From: Candidatus Parcubacteria bacterium | Lineage (GTDB): Bacteria; Patescibacteriota; Minisyncoccia; Phycocordibacterales; Phycocordibacteraceae | DNA: 64,000 nucleotides | NCBI GenBank assembly: GCA_034666125.1 | Contig: JAXDML010000002.1 | Location: 4,613-68,612, forward strand | Direction of reading: 5' to 3' | Shown: positions 45,856-54,136 of the stretch, piece by piece | How the letters are laid out: each line of letters begins with the position of its first letter | How positions within the stretch are numbered: the first letter of the stretch is position 1 | Program-made: the position numbers and the translations under genes | Notes under the pieces: model-generated | Told to the model about the DNA's origin: nothing | The model's input: only the letters and a program-made list of their open reading frames with translations | The model's database searches: none

Positions 45856-46926
45856 GTGAGAAGCAATCGTAAGGTCGCCACCAAGGGGCGCTGGAACACC
45901 TTGGCCATTACCGCAGCGGGAATTGCCGCTGTGGTCGTCGCCGGCCTCGTCATCTGGTTTCTCGTCTTTAGCGGCGCTTACGCGTCGCGGGCCGACAGCC
46001 TGGTGTTCGAGCGGGACATCGCCGTGGATCAGGGCGCGAGCCTCGATCCCACGAAGGTGCTCTCGACCGGCACGAGCCGGATCCGGCTCAACGACCTCTG
46101 TTCGGAAGAGCTCCGGAATCGCTGGGGCGCGGACGGACAGGGGGAGGACGGGGTCGGCCTCACGGCCGTCTTCGTGCGGAAGTCGGGAACGCGGATTATC
46201 TCCAGGGATACGGTCACGATTCCGTCGTGGCAGTATGCCGACGAGACCGCGCTTCCGGACCGCCGGGCGCTCGTGAGGGACCGGTGCGAAGCGCTTCGCG
46301 CGCAGAGCACCGCCTTCATGGCCCCCGTCTCGCGCAAGTGCGTGATGGCCGTGGTGGTCGACACCACGAGTGGCATGAACGCGATCCTGAGCCGGCGTGC
46401 TCGCGAGGTCATCACCGACTCGAGCGAGCGCCTCACCGGCCGGACCTGCGGGGCGGGCGGCTTCTACGCCTACCGCCTCACCGCCACCCCCTCCCAGGGG
46501 GACCGGTGGAGGGTCAATCGCGGGCCCGGCTTCGGGGCCGAGATGCGGGGGGTCGAATCGTGGCTCCTCGAATCCCAACCCGAACAGGCGGAATCCTCGG
46601 TCTTGCGGGGCCTCGCGGCCTCGCTCGTCGAGATCTCCCGCCTGCAGCCGGCCGACATTATCCGGGTCGACGTCTTCACCGACGGGCTCGAGAATGTCGG
46701 GGATCGCTCCGTTTATCGCGATCAGACCCTCCTCGATGGGGGCAACTGGCCGCGGCTCGACGTGGCATGGGATCCGAGGAGCCTCCAGCTCCGCGGATTC
46801 GATATCCACCTGCATCCGCTCCCGGGCCAGAGCGACAGGACCGCGGCTCTCACCGCCCGCGCCTTCCAATATCTGAAGGACCGTCTCGAAAGGGCGGGCG
46901 CAACGGTCACGATCGACACGCTCTAG
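45856..46926 (+). CDS. Membrane-anchored protein with vWA-like C-terminal domain
   Basis: AGGAG SD; N-terminal TM; VVVDTTSGM and VFTDGLEN resemble MIDAS strands. Confidence 0.6.
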   Translation: MRSNRKVATKGRWNTLAITAAGIAAVVVAGLVIWFLVFSGAYASRADSLVFERDIAVDQGASLDPTKVLSTGTSRIRLNDLCSEELRNRWGADGQGEDGVGLTAVFVRKSGTRIISRDTVTIPSWQYADETALPDRRALVRDRCEALRAQSTAFMAPVSRKCVMAVVVDTTSGMNAILSRRAREVITDSSERLTGRTCGAGGFYAYRLTATPSQGDRWRVNRGPGFGAEMRGVESWLLESQPEQAESSVLRGLAASLVEISRLQPADIIRVDVFTDGLENVGDRSVYRDQTLLDGGNWPRLDVAWDPRSLQLRGFDIHLHPLPGQSDRTAALTARAFQYLKDRLERAGATVTIDTL

Positions 46927-46964
46927 AAGGCGGTCGACGGAAATACCTCTATTACCCAAAGCCT

Positions 46965-46997
46965 GGCGCCCCTCACCGTGAGGGGCGCCTTCTTTTT
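46965..46997 (+). terminator. Intrinsic terminator
   Basis: GGCGCCCCTCAC / GTGAGGGGCGCC then TTCTTTTT. Confidence 0.88.
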
Positions 46998-47037
46998 ATA
47001 TGTACAGAGGATAATTTATGCTATAACTGCGACGCAC

Positions 47038-47127
47038 GGAGACGTCGCATAGTGGTCTAGTGCACCGCCTTGGAAAGGCGGCAGGCTCGAAAGGGTCTCG
47101 AGAGTTCGAATCTCTCCGTCTCCGCCA
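47038..47127 (+). tRNA. tRNA-Ser(GGA)
   Basis: GGAGACG/CGTCTCC acceptor, CCGCC-TTGGAAA-GGCGG anticodon arm, long variable arm, GTTCGAATC, encoded CCA. Confidence 0.96.
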
Positions 47128-47402
47128 ACCAACCCAGGCCCTATCCACAGGTTATACAGGCTTATACACACCCCATGCTCGTCAGGAGCTGTACTTACGT
47201 TAAGAGCCGACGGCCTTACCGAAAGGCTTTATAAAAATTTCATTGACGCTTCATATCCAGAGTGCTCTACTCAGCAATAGTACGGTTCCGGGCAGGAACG
47301 ATATAGAACCCTTACCTCCTCAAAGACATGATTTTGAGGCGTTCTGTGCGTTTATTTGAAACTCATCGCGCGCTCTTCGCGTACATAAAACTATATAGAC
47401 CT

Positions 47403-50400
47403 ATGCAAAAGTCATGGACCGGGCACGTACTTCGCGCCCTACAGGCAAGCCTTTTGGGGCTCAGCCTCGTGGCGATGAACCTCGCGCCAATTACTAGCGC
47501 GCTCGCTCAAACAACCGACTCGCCCCAGCCAATTGGTCCCGAGATTAGCGACACCTCTTCTCTTACCGTAGAGGACGAAACGGAAGATGCAGAAGATGTG
47601 ATCGAGATAACGGACCCCGTCGTAGACGAGGAGACCGATACCGACGTAGGCCCTGACATCGGTGACGAGTTGGGCGACAGCGATGAATTCGGTAGTGAGT
47701 TCAAAGCGCTCTTTGCGCCCCTTGTTTCGGGCCTTACAGTGGCGGCCCAGGACGTGACGGTCCACATCTATAAGTACGTCGCGAGCCCTTCGGGAGAGGC
47801 CCTCGCTACGGGAGGAGATTCCTTCCCGATGCAGTCGAGCTGGGATGCTGAGAGCCTGGGTGGTCCAGGCGCAGGAACCTACTCGCTTTCATCCCCGACC
47901 TACAACGCCGACACCGCCCCCATGACCTCGGGAGCCGACTACGCCACCAATGAGGTTACCGGAGGCGATATCCTGCCCATAGGCGCTACGTGCGAGGCTA
48001 ATAAGTATCGCCTTGTCGGCTATCGCGACGGAACGAGCCTCTCGGCAGCCCAGAGCGATTCCATCTCCACAGCGTCCCCGAATTACAGCGACCTGACGGA
48101 AGACATGTACGTCATCGTCGTGAACGAGGACTGCGATAACCTGCCCCCTCCGCCCCCTCCTGAAATTCCTGCGTGTAACCTCGGTGACGATACGACCTTC
48201 GATACGTTCACCCTTGGTAGCGTGCATGGCCAGCATGGCTGGAGCTCTACAGGCCCCTACGACCAGGAAGTCGTTGATAACACCTACGGGTACAGCACCT
48301 TCGGGTGTAAGTCATTGCGCCTTTCGAACGCCGTCACGAGCGATTCGTTCGGAGACCAGACGTTCTCGTATTCGATCGCGAACGAAGCCGGTGAAACTGA
48401 CGCTCTGAACGATGGGATGTCTGGAGGTACGCGCCAGAATCACTTCGATGCGCAGTTTGATCTCGGTACGGCCATGGCTACCGTACAGCCAGAAATGGCG
48501 CTCTCCGTCTCTCCGGACCGTGGTGACGGCGCCCGCATGAGCTACCTCCGCTTCGAAGACCAAGCCGACGGTATCCACGTGTTCTTCTATGACGTGCAGG
48601 GCACTGACGCATCGGCTAACTTTGTCGAAACAGAGCTTCCGGGGAGCCTCAGCCGTACTGACGCGCACACCATCAAGTTCTCGATCGATTTCGTCGATGG
48701 TCCTTCAAACGACGTTGTCGAGATCTATATCGATGGTACGCCCGTTCACACGGGTACTACCTGGGAGAATTATTACCGTTTCGATCCGGAGTCGCAGGGA
48801 ACCCCTCACGACCCAGCCCTTGAGAACAAGAGCCGGACCGTCGATTCGCTTCTCTTCCGCGCAGGCGGAGGGCCTGTTCCCGCTAATGACGAGAACGGAT
48901 TCCTGTTCGACAACGTCTCGATCACCTCAGACACCGAGGCACCACAGATGTGTTCGCTCGTAAGCGATGACGTGCACACCTTCATTGGCACCATCCCGGC
49001 AACGGCTACCTTCGAGCACAATGCCTGGAGCGATGAGCTTGATGGCGACGGAGCGCTATGGATCTGGAACGCACCGCTCGTAACCGATCCAACCCAGCCC
49101 GAGACGGTTACCTTCACCCGCACCTTTGACGTTACGGGTACGCCGGGAGCAGCGACGCTTGAAATCGCGTCCGATAATATCCACACGGTCAACGTGAACG
49201 GCACAGAAATCGCTTGTGGTGGAGCTACGCAGCCTAACTACGCCTCGGTAGGCGGAGACAATACCTGCTCGATCCCCGTGGTAAGCGGTGAGAATACGAT
49301 CACCTTCACGGTGACGAACGAGGCGACACCGACCGATTCCAATCCTCAAAACAATCCAGCTGGTCTCTACTACAAGATCACTGTGCCGCAGGCATCCTGC
49401 GCCGACGTGCCTCCGGTACCGACATCTGACGTCCTGCTCTGTAAGGTAAGCGATGACGGAGTACCGCTCGCAAATTGGCAGCTCTACCTCATCAAGAACT
49501 TCGACACCGAAGGCTTCGAGGTGCCTACGAACGATCCGTCTGGAGTCAATTCGGATACGCTTACGGATGGCGTGTCGTACCTCCTCAGCGGTATCGGTAG
49601 CTGGACCAACCAGAACGGCGCGAATCCGGCCGATGCTGAGTACTCGACCACTAACGATTGGGATACGCATATGGACGGCTACGACGGCTATGGCACCGGC
49701 ATCCTCGAACTCGAAGTAGATGAAACGGATAGGAGTTGGGGTCCTTACAACGATTCCCATTCCTACAGCCAGCTCTTCGAGGGAACCGGCAGTCCCGTCA
49801 ACTTCCGCATATTCGACGGCGATACCGGCTCGCACGAGCAGAACCTCGACTGGTTCGGCGACAACGAGGGCTTCCTTCAGGTCTACGTCGACGAAGAGGT
49901 CTATGGCGGAACGACCGGAAACGACGGATGCATCACAGTTACCGACGTACCGTTCGGCGATTACACCCTCTACGAGGTGCCGCAGAGCGGCTGGTATCCG
50001 AGTGACTTCAAGGACGGCGAAGAATCCGTCGGACAGGAAGTTACCGTAGACGAAGAGCAAGAGACGTTCACGTTCGTCAATACGCCCGTCGGTAGCCTCA
50101 CCATCGTGAAGCACACGACCGGCGGCGACGGCACCTTCACCTTCGGCGTCTCCGAAGTCGATGACTACGACGACGAAGAGGAACCGGTACTTGATGCCCT
50201 CACGACCTATTCCCTGAGAGGTGTAGCGGCCCTCGCAGATGCAGAGGAAGATGAAGACGACTACGGCCCGCTCTCATTCGATATCACTACTGAAGGCGGT
50301 ACCGGATCGACGGGTTCCATTCCGCTTGATGGAGGAACGTACGACGTGACGGAAGTTGTTCCTAATAACTGGGACCTTACGGACTCGTACTGCGAGTACG

Positions 50401-52943
50401 ACGGCGGTGGGGCCGGCATCAGTATCGACCAGGGCGAACAGATCTACCTTGGCGCAGGAGACGAAGTAACCTGTCACTTCTTCGACAACAAGACCGCGGA
50501 AATAGACCAGGTAAAGGTACACATCTTCAAATATCTCTGGGAAGAGAATGAAGAGACCGAGGAGGAAGGCGACGGCGAAGCCATACCGGTCGCTGACGGC
50601 TCTGGACTCCCGCAGTTCCCGATGACCTCGACCTGGCAGGCAGCGAATCTTAACAACGGCGACTCCACGAGTGGCAGCTACGTTCTTGGCAATAACCATG
50701 GCGGAAGCAGCAGCCAATACGGCGCGGATACGAGTCCTATGGACGCTCCTGCCGACTACACGACGACCGAAACCACCGATGGCAGCGTAGTCGTGGCAAG
50801 CAAGGACCAGTGCTCGCCTGGGAAGTACGTACTTCTCGGGTACAAGTCCGGCAATACGCTCGCACAGGCTGAGGATGCTTGGATCGAAGAAACTGCACCC
50901 GTATACGAGGATCTTACGAGCGACCGCTATATCATCGTCGTGAACGAACCATGCGACGGCGAACCGGAGGAACCGGGGTCCTGCGTCATTGAAAGCGATG
51001 CGACGACGCTTGAGAGCGACGAGCCTTCCTTCATCGCGCAGTTCATCCACAGCTCGTGGACGGCGATCATCGAAGGCGCTGAATGGATCTGGGGAGATGA
51101 GGCCATAGTTGACCCTGTGGGTACCGAGACCCAGGTCTTCACCAAAACCTTCTGGATCGACAGCCTTCCGGCAACGGATGGGGAACTCCAGATCGCTGCT
51201 GATAACACGTATTCAGTCACGCTCAACGGATCACCGATCGGTGCAAGCTCAGACGAGGACAACTACACCTCAGCAAGCCAGGACACGCTCAATGTCCCGA
51301 CAAGCGCGCTCCAGCTCGGACAGAACACCCTTGAGATCACCGTGACGAACCTGCCTATGGAAGGCGGCACTGAAGAAACGAATCCCGCAGGGCTCAAGTA
51401 CAAGCTCACGCTTGACGGAGCCGACTGCTCGAACCTTCTCAAGGTGCACATCCTCAAGTACCTCGACCTCGGAGAAACGGAGGTGCAGGTCGCTGACGGC
51501 TCAGGCGCGCCAGCCTTCCCGATGCGCTCGAATTGGGATGCTGAAAACATAGGGGCAGGCTCGGGCAGCTACGTTCTTGGTGACAACCATGGCGGTTCAC
51601 CCAGCACGTACGGCGCAGATACCTCAGCGATGAGCGCTCCTGCCGACTACACGACCTATGAGGTTACGACCGGAGACGCCGACGAAGCAACGGTTAACGA
51701 CGAGAATAGCCCGGTACTCTCGGTAGGGGCTGTGTGCGTTGCTGACAAATACCGCCTCGTCGGATATCGCAGCGGCACCACGCAAAGCGGGGCTGAAACC
51801 GCGCCCCTCTCAACGACCGCGCCCGTGTTCACTGACATCACGAACGATCGCTATGTGCTTGTGATCAACGAGGATTGTGACGATGTGCTTGACGAAGGGG
51901 GAGGTAACGGCGATGAGAGCGCTACGCTCACCATCGTGAAGGAGACGCAGGGCGGTGACGGCACCTTCACCTTCGACGTTGCCGAAACAAGCATCGAGAC
52001 CGTCCTCATTGCTGACGATAGCCCGGAGGCGACGATAGCCACTTCCGAAGGGGCGGGTACAAGTGCCCCCATTACGCTCGACCCAGGTACGTATGACGTT
52101 ACCGAGAACATTCCTGAGGGATGGGACCTCGTGAATGTTTCCTGCGTGTATGACAACCAGGCGACCGGCGATGTCATCGAGGATCCGCTCGTTGGCGAGA
52201 CCATAACCGTCGACGACGGCGACGAGGTAACCTGCACCTTCACGAACGCGGTGAGCGATGGAGGGGGAGAGAATCCCGGAACGCTCCATGTGGTGAAAGT
52301 GATAGAAGGCGGTAACGGGATACCGACCGACTTCAGCTTCCAAGTCAATGGAGGTGCGCCAATCCAGATTGAAGGAGACAGCCAGAATGACCTCTCTATT
52401 GCGGCCGGTGCCTATTCGGTTATCGAAGTGGAGTCGAGCGTATATGACGCCACGTATTCCGAAGGCTGTTCGGGAACGATGCCGGCAGATGGCGACATAA
52501 CCTGCACCATTACCAACACCGCAACCGCGAATGGTGGAGGCGGCGGAGGTGGCGGAGGTGGAGGCGGTAACTCAAACAACAATAACGGACAGGTCCTCGG
52601 CGCATCGACCGAAGGACAGGTCCTCGGCAGCGAGTGCACGCTCCTCACGGCATTCATGCGCGAGGGTATGGCGAACGATTCGGCACAAGTCACAATGCTC
52701 CAGGCCTTCCTGAACGGAGAAATGGGCTCCGGCCTTCCGACCAGCGGATTCTTCGGCCCGCTCACGACCCAGGCGGTCAACAGCTTCCAGCTCAAATACT
52801 GGGAGGAGGTGCTGAAGCCATGGGCCGACATCGGTCTCGGAGAAGACCACAAGCCGACCGGCTACGTCTTCAAGACCACGCTCTGGAAGATCAACGACAT
52901 CCAGTGTCCTGACTTGGATGCACCGTTCCCGACCCTTCCGTAA
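47403..52943 (+). CDS. Giant acidic multi-domain surface protein with C-terminal peptidoglycan-binding domain
   Basis: Signal peptide; internal domain repeats; prealbumin/SpaA-like LTIVK..GGDGTFTF units; poly-Gly linker; GQVLG repeats; LQAFLN..GFFGPLT.QAV..FQ. Confidence 0.85.
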   Translation: MQKSWTGHVLRALQASLLGLSLVAMNLAPITSALAQTTDSPQPIGPEISDTSSLTVEDETEDAEDVIEITDPVVDEETDTDVGPDIGDELGDSDEFGSEFKALFAPLVSGLTVAAQDVTVHIYKYVASPSGEALATGGDSFPMQSSWDAESLGGPGAGTYSLSSPTYNADTAPMTSGADYATNEVTGGDILPIGATCEANKYRLVGYRDGTSLSAAQSDSISTASPNYSDLTEDMYVIVVNEDCDNLPPPPPPEIPACNLGDDTTFDTFTLGSVHGQHGWSSTGPYDQEVVDNTYGYSTFGCKSLRLSNAVTSDSFGDQTFSYSIANEAGETDALNDGMSGGTRQNHFDAQFDLGTAMATVQPEMALSVSPDRGDGARMSYLRFEDQADGIHVFFYDVQGTDASANFVETELPGSLSRTDAHTIKFSIDFVDGPSNDVVEIYIDGTPVHTGTTWENYYRFDPESQGTPHDPALENKSRTVDSLLFRAGGGPVPANDENGFLFDNVSITSDTEAPQMCSLVSDDVHTFIGTIPATATFEHNAWSDELDGDGALWIWNAPLVTDPTQPETVTFTRTFDVTGTPGAATLEIASDNIHTVNVNGTEIACGGATQPNYASVGGDNTCSIPVVSGENTITFTVTNEATPTDSNPQNNPAGLYYKITVPQASCADVPPVPTSDVLLCKVSDDGVPLANWQLYLIKNFDTEGFEVPTNDPSGVNSDTLTDGVSYLLSGIGSWTNQNGANPADAEYSTTNDWDTHMDGYDGYGTGILELEVDETDRSWGPYNDSHSYSQLFEGTGSPVNFRIFDGDTGSHEQNLDWFGDNEGFLQVYVDEEVYGGTTGNDGCITVTDVPFGDYTLYEVPQSGWYPSDFKDGEESVGQEVTVDEEQETFTFVNTPVGSLTIVKHTTGGDGTFTFGVSEVDDYDDEEEPVLDALTTYSLRGVAALADAEEDEDDYGPLSFDITTEGGTGSTGSIPLDGGTYDVTEVVPNNWDLTDSYCEYDGGGAGISIDQGEQIYLGAGDEVTCHFFDNKTAEIDQVKVHIFKYLWEENEETEEEGDGEAIPVADGSGLPQFPMTSTWQAANLNNGDSTSGSYVLGNNHGGSSSQYGADTSPMDAPADYTTTETTDGSVVVASKDQCSPGKYVLLGYKSGNTLAQAEDAWIEETAPVYEDLTSDRYIIVVNEPCDGEPEEPGSCVIESDATTLESDEPSFIAQFIHSSWTAIIEGAEWIWGDEAIVDPVGTETQVFTKTFWIDSLPATDGELQIAADNTYSVTLNGSPIGASSDEDNYTSASQDTLNVPTSALQLGQNTLEITVTNLPMEGGTEETNPAGLKYKLTLDGADCSNLLKVHILKYLDLGETEVQVADGSGAPAFPMRSNWDAENIGAGSGSYVLGDNHGGSPSTYGADTSAMSAPADYTTYEVTTGDADEATVNDENSPVLSVGAVCVADKYRLVGYRSGTTQSGAETAPLSTTAPVFTDITNDRYVLVINEDCDDVLDEGGGNGDESATLTIVKETQGGDGTFTFDVAETSIETVLIADDSPEATIATSEGAGTSAPITLDPGTYDVTENIPEGWDLVNVSCVYDNQATGDVIEDPLVGETITVDDGDEVTCTFTNAVSDGGGENPGTLHVVKVIEGGNGIPTDFSFQVNGGAPIQIEGDSQNDLSIAAGAYSVIEVESSVYDATYSEGCSGTMPADGDITCTITNTATANGGGGGGGGGGGGNSNNNNGQVLGASTEGQVLGSECTLLTAFMREGMANDSAQVTMLQAFLNGEMGSGLPTSGFFGPLTTQAVNSFQLKYWEEVLKPWADIGLGEDHKPTGYVFKTTLWKINDIQCPDLDAPFPTLP

Positions 52944-52956
52944 GGAAGCAACAGAT

Positions 52957-52995
52957 AAAGCAACAGGCCCGCGCACTGCGCGGGCCTGTTGCTTT
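52957..52995. terminator. Intrinsic terminator
   Basis: AAAGCAACAGGCCCGCGC / GCGCGGGCCTGTTGCTTT. Confidence 0.88.
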
Positions 52996-53018
52996 AAGCA
53001 GCGTCGTAAAATGCGAAC

Positions 53019-53108
53019 GTGTCAAAAACTCCTGAAAAGGACCGTCTGTTGGCGGCTGCGGACCGGTTCCTCTTCCCGACGCTCGTGATCGGGCAGACGG
53101 TCGAGTAA
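53019..53108 (+). CDS. Putative 29-aa small ORF or gene remnant
   Basis: TAAAAT-N6-GTG; MSKTPEKDRLLAAADRFLFPTLVIGQTVE*. Confidence 0.35.
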   Translation: MSKTPEKDRLLAAADRFLFPTLVIGQTVE

Positions 53109-53117
53109 TCTAACTAG

Positions 53118-53435
53118 TTATTTCGGCTTCCACCCAGACTTCGCGAGGTCCACGCTCGCGCCTTTGAATACGACACCCTCCTTCTCGAGCAGCTTCTTCT
53201 TGGTGGGGAGGCCGGTGCCGTAGGCATAACCGGTGAGCTTCCCGGTCGAGCCGATGACTCGGTGGCAGGGGACTTTCTTGGTGTCCTTGTTATGGCGCAT
53301 GCACATGCCGACCGCGCGGGCCGCTCCGGGGCTTCCGGCGAGCTTCGCCACCTGGCCATAGGTCGCCACCTTGCCCTTCGGGATCGCCGCGACGACTTCG
53401 TGTACCCGTTCGCTGAATTCGTTCGTTCTTTTCAT
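53118..53435 (-). CDS. MGMT/Ogt family alkyltransferase (single domain)
   Basis: IPKGKVATYGQVA, ARAVG, PCHRV, LLEKEG. Confidence 0.92.
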   Translation of the reverse strand: MKRTNEFSERVHEVVAAIPKGKVATYGQVAKLAGSPGAARAVGMCMRHNKDTKKVPCHRVIGSTGKLTGYAYGTGLPTKKKLLEKEGVVFKGASVDLAKSGWKPK

Positions 53436-53469
53436 GCGTGCAGTATAGCAAACCTGATACAATGGATTC

Positions 53470-54018
53470 ATGACGAGTAAGAGACACCTTGTCCTTTACG
53501 GTATCGGAGCGGTCGTGCTCCTCGCCGTCGCCCTTGTCTTTTTGATTGTCCGAAAGGACGACCTGTCCGACATCCCCGAAGCCTCGGATATCGCCACTAC
53601 TTCGGCGCTTGTTGCCCCGCCGGCTCCCGCGCCAGCCGTTCCGGAGACGAAGCCGGCTCCCAAGCCCTTCCGATTCGAGGTCGTAACCACCCAGGCCGCA
53701 CAGGCGAAGGGGCTGGGAGGTCGGACCGAGATACCGAGCGATTACGGCATGCTTTTCGTGTTCAAAGAGAAGGCGACGCAGAACTTCTGGATGAAGGATA
53801 TGCTCGCGCCCATCGATATTCTCTGGGTCAGGGACGACGGCGTGGTCGCCGGAGTCGAGAGGGAGGTCGATCCCAAGACGTATCCCTCCAGCTTCATGTC
53901 TCCCGAGCCGGTGCGATATGTCCTTGAAACCAGGGCCGGAGAAGCAAGCCGCCTCGGCATCTCGACCGGAACAAGACTCAATTTGCCCTTGCCTTATGGT
54001 CGGACTGTTTCGGAGTGA
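53470..54018 (+). CDS. DUF192 domain protein
   Basis: KGLGGR, GMLFVF, FWMKDML.PIDI, YVLE.RAG. Confidence 0.9.
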   Translation: MTSKRHLVLYGIGAVVLLAVALVFLIVRKDDLSDIPEASDIATTSALVAPPAPAPAVPETKPAPKPFRFEVVTTQAAQAKGLGGRTEIPSDYGMLFVFKEKATQNFWMKDMLAPIDILWVRDDGVVAGVEREVDPKTYPSSFMSPEPVRYVLETRAGEASRLGISTGTRLNLPLPYGRTVSE

Positions 54019-54136
54019 CCCCTATCCCCAAGACGAGCTTGGCGCGGTTCGCGCTAAAATAGACCTACGTCGAATCTCCTCCTGCCCCGCCCTCGACGCC
54101 GCTTATCACTCGCTATTTAATTACCCGGTATTTCCC

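Noticed and set aside
44241-45953. 570-aa antisense ORF (likewise 35098-36735, 39394-40689, 30283-31359, 644-1768)
   Set aside because: Shadow frames of genes with high GC3; the opposite strand has the motifs or the SD, promoter and terminator.
43964-47127. Integrative element at tRNA-Ser
   Set aside because: No integrase and no duplicated tRNA 3' end, and the island lies 5' of the tRNA.
52533-52630. GGN/AAC tandem repeats and the GGACAGGTCCTCGGC duplication as CRISPR or VNTR
   Set aside because: They encode the Gly/Asn linker and GQVLG repeats; no spacer array or cas genes are seen anywhere in the window.
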